Shown here one piece after another: positions 1 through 14,199 of a stretch of 64,000 nt of DNA. Position 1 is the first letter of the stretch, and each line of letters begins with the position of its first letter. This stretch comes from Trichosphaerium sp. ATCC 40318 (lineage: Eukaryota > Protista > Tubulinea): NCBI GenBank assembly GCA_038496445.1, contig JALMLS010000466.1, positions 186,001 through 250,000 of the forward strand, in the 5' to 3' direction. A program made the translations under genes and the position numbers. Below the pieces are notes generated by a model. The model worked only from the letters and a program-made list of their open reading frames with translations, was not told the DNA's origin and made no database searches.

Positions 1-448
1 CTAAACGACACGCCATGACAAACTACGTACTGTTTTTATGCCACGTGATTAAGTTGTATGAATGGGTTCGTAAAGTTAAGTCGTACGAATGGGGATATTA
101 AGGCTTAGGATCTCGGCAGATGTGTAACGTGCAACAGCATACGTTACTATTCTCTGATTACATTTAATCATGAGATTAATGAACATTAAAATGTATTCCT
201 GAATTATGTAATGACCTTTAATAACTACGCTATTATCCTACAACTAAGGCCACGTCTCTCTTACACGTATTCTCATCTTTCGTGTGCCCTATAACGTTTC
301 ATAATGGCATCAGTCTGAAGTAGGAGTTTGATACTCAGGAACGAATGTGGTGAGGAATAAAGCGCCCTGCTAAAACACAAAAAAGTATTCCGAATTTCGC
401 TGAAAAATGGTTTTAGAAGATACCTCACAATAACACAGCAAACAGCCC

Positions 449-3400
449 ATGGACGACCCTGAATTTAAAGAGGAGCTTCAAAAGCTCAACGACATACATG
501 ATAGCGGTTTTATATTCGAGGATGAATACAAGCGTCGTAAAGCAGATCTTTATGCGCGTTTTGGCGTTGGTACGTTCCTGCCCTTTTTTAAAACCCTACA
601 AGCGATATTACGTACGCTCACACGCCTTTAGATGCAAATACGGCCTCAGAAACGGCGAATACAGACACCAGCACAACTATAAATACTTACGAACAACCAA
701 ACGACCCATACGGTTTTACACCAACTATAGATTAGTACGTGAATAGTTGTCACGACCTGTTTTCGCCTAACGGTTTTGAGTAGCAACAACGCCTTTGATC
801 AACAACAAACATACAACCCTGTAGTAGAAGAACCAAACCAACATGACGTAAACCCATACGGTTATCAACCGGATCCGTACGCCTCTGTATATGATATGTA
901 CTCTACGCCAGTTCAAAAGCAAGTCATTTTGTTCTTATTGTCTCTCTTTTCGCTTATTACTCCTTTGTAGTGTAGTTGAGGAACCTACAAACTCAGTACA
1001 GGATGCTTATGATCAGTACGGAACTCAATCCCAGCCAACGAACCCATCTGGATACAGTGACTATTCAGCAGAGCCATACGGTTTCACTAACTCGATTGTT
1101 CCTAATCCTACTGGACTTAACGACTCTTCTATGCCTGAGCCAACTAGCAATGAAGTATCAGACTCTTACACCAGTTCAGTACCGCAGAATGTTTACCAAT
1201 ACGAGTTTACTACTTTGAACGTTTCAAATCCTACTGGACATAACGACCATTTGGCACCTGAACCACAAGATATAAATTATGGTTATGGTTCTCCAAGCCA
1301 TAGCGAGGTGTCTACATTCTCTACAGATGTTAATCTTGGATCTGAGACATCATCTGTAATGAGTGAACACTCACATTATAGCGGTGGTGATAAACAGGTA
1401 CAGTTTTTATTCCATGCCATTTTTTTTTCTTTTTATTGATGTGTGATACACCAGGGACCGGATCCAATACCACAGTACACTGGTAATGACGAAGTTAAAC
1501 CGGGTAATACTGTCCCATGGCCAAGAGATGACTATATCAATAATACACCAAACAAAGAAATACAAGCTGACGGAGTATACCTTCACTACAGAGACAAAAG
1601 AGGTTACTACCAATCAAAAAGGTTGACTAATACAAATATGCCTTCTGGAAGTATTGCTAAAATGTTTGGACTAGTACAGGTATGTCATTTTTACTTAAGT
1701 AATGTAAACGCCGGCACGAGCATTCACACGTGTGTTTAGGCTGTAGTACAAAAATGGAATGCATCAACAAAACAATTTACGACTATCGATTGCAGTAAAC
1801 CTATTCCACGTGGTCATTACGAAGTAAGAGAGGCACACCATCACTTTCACAGGAAATGGACTTGTGATATTAAAACGTACGGGAGCTAACAATACTCTTG
1901 AGACATAAGAAGGGCTATTTTTTTTTGAATACTACACATTCATGAATTTACGACGAAGATAGTGCCGATCCATACTCACCATCATCAGTTTTCCCTTGGG
2001 ATTATTGGCACATGAAAATGATAGTACGTACTTTTAATTACTGTGATTGATAAGTGTCTAACTCATACGTTAAGGCAAATTTCAGGAATAGCAAAAATTA
2101 TACACATGACCATTGTTTTGACTGGCTTGAACATTGTGCTTTTAATTCTACTAGAGATACAGATGTATGTATTTCTACAAGGAATAAACAACCAAAGCAT
2201 AACGCAGACCAAACAAACGGATATTCTGGACCAAAGGATATTGAGTCGTATCACCGTTTTTGGAGCAGCTTTTGCTGGAGTAAAACAGTAAGTAATACGC
2301 CAACTTTGCCATCTTTTTACTAAATATAAACACGTGCCTGAGTACTAACACTCAAAGAAATTATTCGAATACAAGCACGCATGTTGCTCCAGCAAAGACA
2401 ACTTTTTTTTTGGAAAAGTTTTTGGGCTTATTTTTTAACATTTGGATTAGACTGCTGCTAGAAATGTAAGTTTTGGAATGTCTAATGTCGAAGAGTGGTT
2501 AAAAAGGAGACGTGAAAGTTTTGCCGAAAAGTTACAAAGAAAGGGTCCTTTTGCAGAGCTTGAGCTTATCTGTCACTTGAGGCATCTGGAGATTCAAAAG
2601 TTTAAAAGGATAAAATTCATGCACTTGAAGTATCAATTGAAAAAATCATTGCAATCTAACACGTGTTTTCTCACTGGTAACTAAGAATACAAGTTTTTTT
2701 TAACGTTATTTTAATCTAACTTTGTATAGGTGAGTCAACAGATAGCTTGACACAACCTAGAGACGATCAGCTTGAAAAAATTTTCTCACATGCAATGGAA
2801 AAATGTCCAACTTTGAAGGAGTATTTTGACTCTCCTTTAACTGACGAAGAAGTTCCTATTACAAAAGAAATTCCTTTTAAGGACAGATTAGAGGAATACA
2901 GTGAGTTGGAGAGAATAAAATACACTGAACCTGCTGAATCCTTCCCACACCAAAAGGTAAACTTCACTGAACAAAACTTTTTGCCTTTTTACTTTTTTTT
3001 GGGTTTTGTGTTGACCTTCTCTTTAACAGGGTACATCTGTACATGACTTGGTTCTATCAGAATATGACGCAACGAATTTTGTTAGTGATTTAAAGAGTAA
3101 ACTTGAAGCAAGAAGAAGTGAAGGTCCAGAAAGAAGTAAAAAACGTGAAGAACAAGAAGAATACAAAGAAAAATTGAAAGATAAAAAGATTCAGCAATCT
3201 AAAGAGAAGCTTGCTATCCTTGTTGAACAAGGAAGAGAACTAGCAAAAAAGAGTCAAAAATGGCGGGAAGAGCGTGAACTTGCAGCAGAGAGACGAGATG
3301 ATGAAAGAAGAGAAAGAGCAAAACAAGACATTTCTCGTCTTGTTAATGAAGCAAGAGCTGCTGGAGAGAAGAGTAACGAGAGATATCATAAGCGTGAACA

Positions 3401-3515
3401 ACAAAGAAAAGATTCTGTACATGCATTAATGAATATGCTATGGGCGATAGGTGCGGACAGGACCAACATCAAACAAAAGATTGGCGCATTAAGCGTCCAT
3501 TACAAAGGGGAGTAA
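449..3515 (+). CDS. Multi-exon hypothetical protein with N-terminal SHOCT-like motif, Tyr/Pro/Ser-rich low-complexity region and C-terminal charged coiled coil
   Basis: Begins MDDPEFKEELQKLNDIHDSGFIFEDEYKRRKADL (SHOCT-like L..L...G.I...EY...K..L). The + strand ORFs join through GT-AG introns up to the stop at 3515. Confidence 0.6.
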
Positions 3516-4017
3516 ATAATAAATAGTTTTTTTTTTATGTTTCTCCAACGTCCTCTTTATAATTCTCATAAAATTTTAACCTTAAATATAATTGCGAACT
3601 CTACTTAGCTCTTCACGTCGCACAATTTCTTTGGATATTTATGCAACAAAGACCACAAAAGTTCAATGAACATCGTTCAGAAATTTGCGAAAAAAAAACT
3701 TCAGTCTCAGTATCACTTTACTGGACACATTCTACTTTATTCACTTCTTCTTTTATTGTTTTTTTTTTTGTTTTTGTTCGCGTGGAGCGCGGCACCTTTC
3801 ATGTTTTTGTTTGTTATAGTATTAAGAAGGTGTTCAATAGATTATTTTTATTGTTTCGGTTGAGCCGTTACATCACGTGCAAAATTTTTAATCTCCTCCC
3901 TAGCGAAATCGCATTTTTTTATTTGTTTTTTTTTTCTGTTCGTTACAAGCTCAAATGTTCTAAAACTATAGGAGTATGAAATTATTTTAATGTACATTTG
4001 ACACCCAGAGTAGAGGC

Positions 4018-7000
4018 TTACAGGCTAAATAAAAAGTGTAAGTACAACAATTGTAAAAAATAGAGAAAAGTACTTGTCAAACAACTTTTTACGCTTCGCT
4101 GACCGTGTTACAGGTCCTTTTCTTGCAGGTCTAATTGCATGTTATTAAGATATGTCAAGTTGTAAGTAATCTAAGAAAGCAGCGTACGGCTTTCTTTTTG
4201 GAGACTGGGAAGGTGTAAGAGCCTCAAAATCTTCTTCTTTATCTGCAACTTCAACAAAATAGTCTTCGTTCACCTCTTGTACTAACAAGTACCGCTCACC
4301 AGCAATATCAGTCCAATATTTATTGCTTGGGTGTTTTCTCTCATCAACACTAAGCTCATTCTCCAAACTAAGAATGATGCGAGCCCACTACACAAAACTT
4401 AGTTTTCGTAAAGCAAAACAAAAAATAGGAAAGAATAAACAACGAAATCTAGTCACCTCTAGATGCCACTGAATATCAGCGTCACCAATGACATTTGTAT
4501 ATGTATCACCCATCATAGCGATCAGCATATTTAGAAGCAATATCGAGACTACTACAATGTACACTAACAGTAGTGATACTGAAAGGCAAAAACTTAGTTT
4601 GGAAATGAAACAAAAAAACCTCACCTGATATTATTGGAAAGGTAGTGTCAATGTAGTCATCAAACTCAAAGAACCCCTACACAAACATACATTAAGATTG
4701 AAATACTAGAGTACAATCAACATAAATTGAACGTACCAGCATAGCCATAAAACACAGCTTCAAGCGGTGAACGTATTGTACTAATCCAGACTCACCAAAA
4801 GCCAAGAAAAAGGCTAAATATTTAAAGTTAACAAACAAATGAGTCATTTGTTTAAAAACTCGAAATCACGTGATAGGCATTTCAACAACAAAAACAGTAC
4901 CTTGAGAGAATCCAATAAGGAATACAGCGAATATGATAGTGAATCGTAGAATATCTACATGTTAATGTTAAAAAAAATTCAACATCAGAAGACGAAAGAG
5001 CATGGTGTTTGGTAACTACGTTGCCGTAGTAAAAGAATTGTGTTTGTTACGGACCAGCAATAAGCATCTTATACAGCATGACAACAAAAGGACCGGTGAG
5101 TTGGTATCCCAAAAAGAAGAACAACCTTGAAAAAAAAGTTATCAAGAATAATTCCTGACATTGAAAAAAACGTTGGAATTTAGAAATCGATAGTTTGGCC
5201 ACGTGATAAAAAGAACTTACATGTAGCCCCAAACTAATATAGCTGATACCATACGCGCAGCATCTTCATAGTCAGAATCAATAACACGAAGCCCTAGGAC
5301 CAAACCAACAGAAGCAAAATAAGCTGTACTTATCACGTTTTCTGTTTACAAAAAAGAGTTAACAATGCTTAATAACCCATAAAAACTATAAACCATACCG
5401 AGAAACCAAGCACCAGGCCGTGACCAATAAGCACCTGTAGACAATAATACATTAGCTCGCTCACAACCATTGTTAATAAAGTACCAAATCCGTCCGTTAA
5501 CATTTCTCCAATTTCAACAACTCCTTTATAGAATGCTCCAAGGACTACCAATGCTTCCAAGACATGTCTTGTAGACTGTCAAAAAATTATCACATACGTA
5601 GAAATATCGTACGTAAGCAATATTACAAACTTGCTTTGCTCCACACCATCGTTCATATTAACAGAAGATCCACGAAGAATAAGTGCACCAGAAAACTAGT
5701 AAAAAAAATAAGTAACGGTTCAAAACTTTTGCTTTGGTAGCCACATACAATTGCAAGATATACTAACATGAATACAAGGCGTCTTACAAACATCTTACCA
5801 ACAATCCTAATGTTATTTTAATAAAACATGGTAGATACAACGGGCATCGAAGAAACGAATTGTCAGCAAAAAAAACGTTCATTAAAGAAATAGGACAAAA
5901 AAGTCATGTTAATTCATTACCTATCCCATTTTTTTCTTAAAAGGTCTTTAATCTTTGGTAACATGAGCAAGTGTACATGTTCGTTTGCTACAATATGCTG
6001 TAAAGCACCTAGGAAGCATGATAAATACCTGACAAGTATAAAAATATCAAGATGAGTACCTGGTTCTCCATCATGCTCGTAGGGAGTATCCACCTCTTCA
6101 AGAGGATATATATGGCAACTAACAGGTCCATACCTCCATTGAAGTTGTTTATTCTTCTCTAAGAGGTAACTAAACATATCTCTGCTACCTACATTGGATG
6201 AGTTTGTTTAACTTGTTTCTGATGACATCAAGCTAAAAATATGGCTTGACAGCAAATGCGTACTACCTATCTTAGCTGCAAGCTTTAGAGGCGTCAATGA
6301 CTCGTGATTTTTCTGCTTCCAGAGCGGTAAACCAGCCTTGAAAGTTCGTCAGGTTGAAGACTCAAAAAAGTAGTGAAAGGTATGGGAAATGATTTGACAA
6401 ACATACATGTTCTGGGTTGCTGGTTCGTCGTGCTAGAAGTCGCTCCACGTATTCATACATGTCTTTTAGATTATGTATAACGAGAACATGTAAAAGGGTG
6501 TTTCCGTTAGAATCCACAGCTGTTAGATCAGCTCCTTTGGAAACAAGGTACTTTACCATTTTCGTTTGATTAGTGCATGCTGCGAAAAAAAGCGGATACT
6601 AGACAAAGTAACAATTAGCGGACAAATCATATAGAGTTAGACGTACCTCTCCATAGTAGCATGGGTGACCACGACGGAAAAAACTTCCTGTAGCTCGACC
6701 ATCAAGTAGTTGAGGACTTCTCTCAACGAGAAACTTTACCATCGAATAGTCTTTGTTTACAATAGCAATATGAAGGCAATTCTCTCCAAAATATTGATTA
6801 CCATTGTACGTATCATCTATAAGTCCTGGATACTTTGTCAATAGTCCTCTAGCGATATCAGAATGTCCTACATATCGTTAGCGTAATAACAAAGGCAACC
6901 AAGGCGACAAAGAACCAGGTTTTGAAGAATGAACAAAAAAAAAATTCGAAAAAGTCGTTGAGGACACGTGCCATATAAAAAGCATAAATGAATAGGTGTC

Positions 7001-7504
7001 TCTCCCACAGGTCCCTAAATATATTAAGTATTATAATAGCATATTCTATTTGATGTATAAGACATACACGCTCTTGAAGGATCCTACAAAAGAAAAATAA
7101 GAAAAAAAGAAAAAAAAATGACCAGGTTGAACTTACTCTTTTCCTTCAGCTCTTATTAGAGCGTCTATTGTGCGTTTCTTGCCTCCTAATATTGCCGCCC
7201 AAATTGTGTCTTGTTTTCGTGACCTATTTTGTCGGTTATTTTGTGAACGAGAGTTAACGGTAAATACTAGTAGGTGTAGCGCGTTTGAGAGCGTTGAGAT
7301 TTAAATTGTACAAGTTTAAACATAATTGTACGCGTACGCTTCAGTTTGTTCTTCTACCGATTTTTGCGTGCGTATAGTGCCTTCTGAGCGACTATACTGA
7401 CCGTGAGACATACCAATCACAACAGATCGCGCAGCCTTCGATGATGTCAACGCCAAACGCTACTAGTAACTACTTACCGCTACTATATGCCCAGCAATCT
7501 TCAT
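4018..7504 (-). CDS. TRPV-like (TRPV5/6, OSM-9/Nanchung type) ankyrin-repeat cation channel, multi-exon
   Basis: Ankyrin exons (YFGENCLHIAIVN, GNTLLHVLVIH), QWRYGPV, L..KWDR, TGPFVVMLYKML, S6/TRP-box segment LLLNMLIAMMGDTYTNV...WHLE. Confidence 0.9.
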
Positions 7505-7678
7505 GACTCTTCAATTTAACAGAGTGGTCTTCACGTGGCGCCAAATTTAAAATGCTGGTCAATTACATTCAAAACATCGTTATTTGTAGTAACTGTCGCG
7601 TGTCAATCCTCACCAGATTGCTTCCACTGGTTTTTTTCACAGTTTGATGTTTCAATAAGATAATTTTTCTACAAATAC

Positions 7679-10600
7679 ATGGAACCGCCTAGAAAGCGAA
7701 TCAAACTAAATAGTACGCGTATTAGCATCCTCTAGAGACTTATCTCATAAAGATGATACTCACATCCAAGAAACAACTAATAAGCAGACCAAAACGCGCG
7801 TAAGAGACGCTGATATTCGTAGAATAAGTATGGTTTCAAGTTTTAACTGATTTCAACTAATTCCAACAGAACACTCACAATTTCGGCAAACCGCGTTATT
7901 CTTAAAAAGCCAGCTCAATTTCCTTTCAGTCGTTGCCGAAACAGCCGGTACAAAAGCACCATACCCCGAATTTCTAGCCAAACCTATCAAAACAGCTCTT
8001 AAAGCGTCAGGATTTACAACGCTGTACTCTCATCAAATCGAAACCATTGAGAAAGTGTCAAACGGCGAGTCAATTGTGCTTACAACGCCAACGTCTTCAG
8101 GTACTTAGAACTATCAATGTGACTTCAATTAATTGAGTACAAGGGAAGACACTTGCATTTTTAATCCCAGTTTTTCATCTCTTGTTAAGCGACAACACCA
8201 ATAACAACACGTGCCTGTACATCTTCCCTTTGAACGCACTTGCACATGATCAAGAAGAAAAAATAAGAAAGTTTAACTCCAACCTTCCTCCAGCCCAACA
8301 ACTCAAAATATTCACCATGGTAAGTTGTACCAGGTGTACACCACATGTAGTTGATATCTAACAAATTATCAAAGACTGGATCAGTACCTCCAGAAGAGAG
8401 AAAACGCGTTTTTGCTGAAGGTCGTCCAGATATCTTATTAGCAAATCCTGAGATTGTTCATTACCAATTGCGTCATACTAATGATTCTTCGTGGAGTGAA
8501 TGGGCAAAGTTCTTGAAGCAATTACGGTACATAATTTACATAGAGCGCTGTGTTATTTAAGTTAAGATTATTAGTGTCGTGGTCATGGATGAAGCGCACG
8601 TGTACAATGGCGTTTTTGGAGCCAACACAATTAACACTGTTCGACGCTTACGTAGTGCTGTACATCATATTGGTGGTGTCCCACAAGGGATCACGTGGTA
8701 TGAAGCTTATTGTTAAGAGTGTTAGATGCTTATTATTAACACGCAGTATCCCAGGCTCATTGCAAGTGCGACAATAGGGAATGCAAGCGAATTAGCTGGT
8801 AGTTTAGTTGGTAGACAAAACTTACATTGTATCGCAAAAAATGGAGCACCTCAATCAGAAAGAACAATACTTATAATGAAAGGACAGAGATCTCCATTAT
8901 TTAAGATAGCACAAATATTACAGAGATGCATATCACGAGGTACAACAGTAAATCACATAGAAAGAAAAAAACAAGAATGAAAAAAGAACACCAACTCACT
9001 TGTTGTAGATCTTCGTGGACTAGTCTTTTGCAATAGTATCGCCTCTGTCAATAAACTTGTTATGTTTATCAAAGGGAAGAGAGAATTTAAATCCCTTGGC
9101 AATGCAGTAGCACCTTACTACGCATCTTTACAATCAGAAGTAAAAGAAAAGACACTAAGACGTCTTAAATCTGGACGTTCACTTCGTTTTTTGATTGCAA
9201 CAAATGCTTTAGAAGCTGGTACGTTCAAGGGATTCATATTTCAATTTCAAGAATAAACTGAACCTCTACTAGGTATAGATATCTCTTCCATTGATGTTTG
9301 CGTTCTACATGGTAAATAAGACATTCGTATTACATTTGGTTGGTGAAAGTCAATTAATATCAATGTATAGGTTATCCGGGTTCTAAAGCGGCTTTTTTCC
9401 AGCGCATTGGTAAGTTTTCTCGTACTTGGATAGGTAGAATTTGGAGCTATTGAGGTTCTAGATTTTCCGTACTTCCAGGATTGTACTCCATCCCAACTTT
9501 TCTAACGAGTGATATTTACATTTTCTAAATACGTACAGGTCGTGTTGGTCGTAAGAAACCTGGTTTAGTTGTTTACGTACCTTGGATTAAAAGTAGAATG
9601 GACATGTACTTTAGCGAACTGGGTGATAAACTATTCTCAACCCCAGGTACTCTGAACAAGTTCACTTTTTTTTGAAATTTAACACGTGATTATAGTTGAG
9701 TCTGTGATGAGTAACCCTGAGTACCCTCCTATTCGAAATAAACATCTTCTAGCTGCAGCTCACGAATCAGGTCTTATGCTTGGAAATGCTCAAGGATCTG
9801 TGTCTGAGTACTTCGGTGAAGAGGCAGTTTTAACAGTTAACAAAATGCTTCAAGAAAAAAAACTGATTCCTTGTTCAAAAAACACATCATTACTGACTTG
9901 TCTCAAAGGTTCTCCTCTACCACATACGTACATTACTGTTCAATGTGATTTTTTATTATTTAATATCACATAGAGCTATAAAGCTTAGAGGTGGGTTTGA
10001 AGAGAGCGTTAAAGCCAAATACAAAGATGAAGTCATCGAGAGTATATCGGGTATTCAAGTTCTTAACCGATTGTACCCAGGTATGTCGATCTTTTCTCAA
10101 CAGCAATAAGTACATACATAATAGCTAACGCATTTAGGCGCTTTATTAGTATCATACGACAGTCATGGAAAACCAAGGTAAGCAACGTTCAGGTGAAAGT
10201 TTAGTATATCACGTGAAACAAGTTTATGCATCTATGAGAATTTGTGTCTGGTGGATAACTCGCACAATGATTTGAGTAAACCAGCACTCACCCGTTCTTG
10301 TAGAAAGTTTATTGTTTCATCCCTCTCAATCGAAGATTCTTGTTGCGAACTGGTAGAACCTCAAGAACATCTAACAAGCACAACACCACTTCTTGAGTCA
10401 ACAGTTACAATGACAAAGAATTTGAAACAAAAAAAACTGCTTCTTGGTGATATAGAAGCATTGATTATAACGTATGGACAGGGTGTCATTAAAAGAAACC
10501 TTGTTGGTTTTAGTAAAACAACATACACTAAATCCAAAACTAAAACAACAATTACAAAACAATACAAAAAACCTTTCTCGATCTCATTTGAAGCACCTGT

Positions 10601-11176
10601 ACTTCAGTACGTAATAGTTCTTTAGTGATAAATATACCTTGAGCTAATTGTACTAGGATCACATTGGCTAGAACTATACATCCAATAGTAAGGAAGCATT
10701 ACTATGATAATGTTTTGCCTCAAATTGAAAAGTGTTCAAAATCAAGAGATCGTGAAAATGATGAACTGAATATAGCTCTTGATGATCTTTGCACAGATGC
10801 AGACCCTCTCAAAATAACATTACATACACTAGTACATCAAATAATGGCTGTTGTACCAACATTACTTTGTAATGCTGGTTCAGAGATGTTTGAAGTTCTT
10901 ATAGAACCAAGTGGTACTGTTGCTTATATCAGCGACTCTGCTACTGGTAGCTATAGTTCTGGTGCTTGTAAATATGTTATTGACAATCTCTGCAAAGTTC
11001 TAGAGAGGTTAGGACCTATAGCGCATAGCTGTGTGTCATGCCGTGAGAAAAAACGTGAATGTATTGGCTGTCATGATTGTTTATTTGTTAACCCTTGTAC
11101 ATTACACAATACATCTTTGGCACATGCTACTACAATACCAATTGTTAATAAGCTTGTAAATAAACTAAAAAGTTGA
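7679..11176 (+). CDS. HRQ1: Hrq1/MrfA-like SF2 DEAH helicase with C-terminal DUF1998-type Zn-binding region
   Basis: YSHQ, TPTSSGKT across an intron, PLNALAHDQ, MDEAHVYNGVFG, SATIGN, IATNALEAGIDI, QRIGRVGR, C-terminal Cys cluster CVSC...CIGCHDC...C. Confidence 0.85.
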
Positions 11177-11286
11177 GAATGGATGTTTGTTAGCATGACT
11201 TACTGAAAGGCCCTTATGTAACAAGTGTACTTAACTCTTGGCACGAGGAGTTAAGTGAGAGATACGTGCAAGCAACTACCAGAGCA

Positions 11287-12858
11287 ATGAATTTCTCGAT
11301 TGTTTCAGTTGAGCAAGCCATCACATACTATTGTGAGAAGCATGCAGAGAAGTTTAGCGAAATCGCTGCAACACAACGTGAAGTATTCATAAACAACCTT
11401 GAAAGTATCTTAAACGTTGTAAACAAAACAGTTGCAAAACAACTAGATGACTACATCTTGAACAATACAGAAACAGACGTCAATGAATCCAAACAGATTG
11501 AAGTACATTCTACAGACCTCCATTTGCTCAATAAAAGGCTTGTAACACAGCCCGAGGAATGTTCTACAACAAAACACAAACAAACCAGACTGTACGTCAT
11601 AAATACTCACAATGGCTGATTACAACTATTAAAAACCAAATAATAAAAGTATCAAAGTAGGGCAAAGACAAGTCCACAACAAGAAGTTAACATTATCAGT
11701 TTTCCACCTGAAGTTATATCAACGATTTTAAGTCATACAGAAGCAAAATCAAGGTTCTATATTGCTCAGTCATGCCATTTGATGGCTGACATCATCCATG
11801 ATGTTGTAGGATACAAAAAGATTTATATCTATGACATCCCAGATATTTTAAAGATCAGACAGTACAGAGGAGTAATGAACAACACTATAGTTGTATTAAA
11901 TGTGGAGAACAATACGCTATTTTCATTGCTTTCAGGTTGTTCCAATATTGATACACACTTTGTGAGATCTACAGGAGCACTATGGGAAAAAAGTAGTGTA
12001 ATCAATGATGTAGACCTAAAAGCGCTTGCAGGAGTTCATTCTATTCGCCTCACTCTTTGTAAACACATAACAGATGTAGGTATAAAATCATTAAGTGGTG
12101 TACATACCATTGCGCTTTCAAGGACTTCAGTATCAGATGAAGGAATCAAAGCACTTGCAGGAGTTCATACTATTAGCCTTGAATATTGTAATGTGACTGA
12201 TGAAGGTATCAAATCACTCGCGGGTGTTCATACAATTAACCTCGCTCATTGTGCAAATATAACAGATGATGGAATCAAGGCATTGAAAGGTGTGCATACC
12301 ATCGACCTTTCTCACACTTCAGTGACAGACGAAGGTGTGAAATCGCTTGCAGGTGTTCATACAATTTACCTTTCTCATTGTGTAAATGCAACAGATACAG
12401 GATTCAAATCACTTGCTGGAGCTCATACCATTTACCTTGATGGTACTTCAGTAACAGACAATGGTATTAAGGACCTAGCTGGAGTTCATACAATTCATAT
12501 TGGAGATACTTCTATAACTGATGAAGGTATCAAAGCACTAGCAGGAGTTTATGCTATTGACCTTTCAAACACATCAGTGACAGATGAAGGCATAAAGGCA
12601 CTTTTAGGAGTTCATGCAATTAATCTTGAAGGCACGTCAGTTACTGATAATGGTATCAAAGCAATAGAAGGGGTTCATACTATTGGTCTTAGCAATTGTG
12701 AGAATATTACAACAAAAGGTATCGAGGAACTGACTGGACTTGTTGCTGTCAACGTATCTGTTCTGAGTACAACTTCATTCGAACCCTACAACGCTGAAAT
12801 AGTTTACTATGACTCTCGGTTCATACAATGTTCGTTGGGACTAGTACGGTGGTATTGA
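11287..12858 (+). CDS. F-box/leucine-rich-repeat protein
   Basis: After an intron at ~11592-11660 the frame gives F-box IISFPPEVISTILSHTEAKSRFYIAQSCHL, then about 11 tandem 21-22 aa LRRs of the form GVHTIDLSxTSVTDEGIKALA. Confidence 0.85.
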
Positions 12859-13047
12859 GTTACTAATGGCCAATAAATTACTAATTTTAGTTCTAAAGTG
12901 TAAACACGTGATATTATTATTTACTAGTTCGTTTTTGTACTCTAACGCACAGAGCATGAGTGCTTTAGCAACAGCCTAGTAGTCTATTCCAAGTTACCCT
13001 AGATACCCGTATCTTATATTGTGCCATTAGATCATACTTTTCTTTGC

Positions 13048-14199
13048 TCAATTTGTTCCGTCCTGCACTTGTTTGTTGGTTCCTGGTTTTTTCTTAGAGT
13101 GCGAAAGCTCGCTATATTTTTGACCATGAGTATCCCTAAACCAACTTCCAAAATCTTTTCGTGCACTCTCAAGTATAACACTTCTAAATTCAACCCATAG
13201 ATAATCTTTTATCAATTCCTTATACTCATCTTCAAAGTCATTATCAAGTTCATTAACAATAGTCTTCATATCAGCCCCTAACTTATTCTTCAACTTGTTT
13301 TGTTCAGTCATATGTTGAACCCCTTTTTGGAATCGTCCAGGTGTATTAAATTGACTACCAAGGTATTGAAGAAACTCATGTGGTGTTTGTTTTTGCCTTG
13401 GTGCTTTCTTACTTTGAACACGCTCCTTGAAAGCGGCACAGACACGTTTTGATTTTGTACCAACAACCTTAATGTAGTTAAGTCAGTTCTTCTATACATT
13501 GAAGAGTTACAATCGTACTCTACCGTCCCTCTCCTTATATGCGTTGTGCTTTAAAACAACACCTTCAAGCATACCACCCAAGCATGATTTAAGCTCTCCT
13601 GCTTCCATCTGAGCTACCAACTCCTCACACTTGTCGTAAGGCGATTGATTTTCATCAGTATTGACGTAAAGTAATGCTACTGTTTCTACACCAATACGTT
13701 CAGCTTCCGTCTTCATGTCTTGAGGAGACAACCAACGTTTTTCTTCAAGGTCGACTATGTCATACAGAATGAAGTAATAATTAGGTACACGCTCATACTG
13801 AACAACGTTATGACGTGTTGCGCATATAGCTTCTCCATGGTATCGGTACTTTGACAAACACTTGTCTATCAACATTAACAGTGACCTGACACTCCCAAAA
13901 CGTACATACCTTTAAACGAAGAGATCATTCCGGTCGCTTTGGCAAACGTTGCAGATTTAGCGTTAATAGCCTTAGATTTGTTGTAAAACGTTACTATCCC
14001 GCTGTCACTAATGCCAAATGACAGTTGACTACCGTCTATCTTCTCTTGAATATACCTTGAACTCAATTAGAAGGTATTACAGTTTAACGTAGTAAAACGC
14101 GTTTTGTGTGAAGTCTTACCAGTTTTTATTGTCACCTGTCCAATCTCTATTGGAATTATTAGTAAGGTGCTTGATCTTGGGATAATTAGTGGCGGTCAT
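13048..14199 (-). CDS. ATP-dependent RNA ligase, Rnl2/PF09414-like, intron-containing
   Basis: N-terminal YPKIKHL, motif I QEKIDGSQLSF, HGE, YFILYDIV, motif IV EGVVLK, motif V KSKRVCAAFKE. Confidence 0.85.

Noticed and set aside
1877-1962. Apparent in-frame TGA in the first gene (possible Sec)
   Set aside because: It lies inside a GT-AG intron; splicing restores the frame (IKT|ADPY).
12000-12740. Regularly spaced DNA repeats as a CRISPR array
   Set aside because: They are in-frame coding LRR units in a eukaryotic gene.
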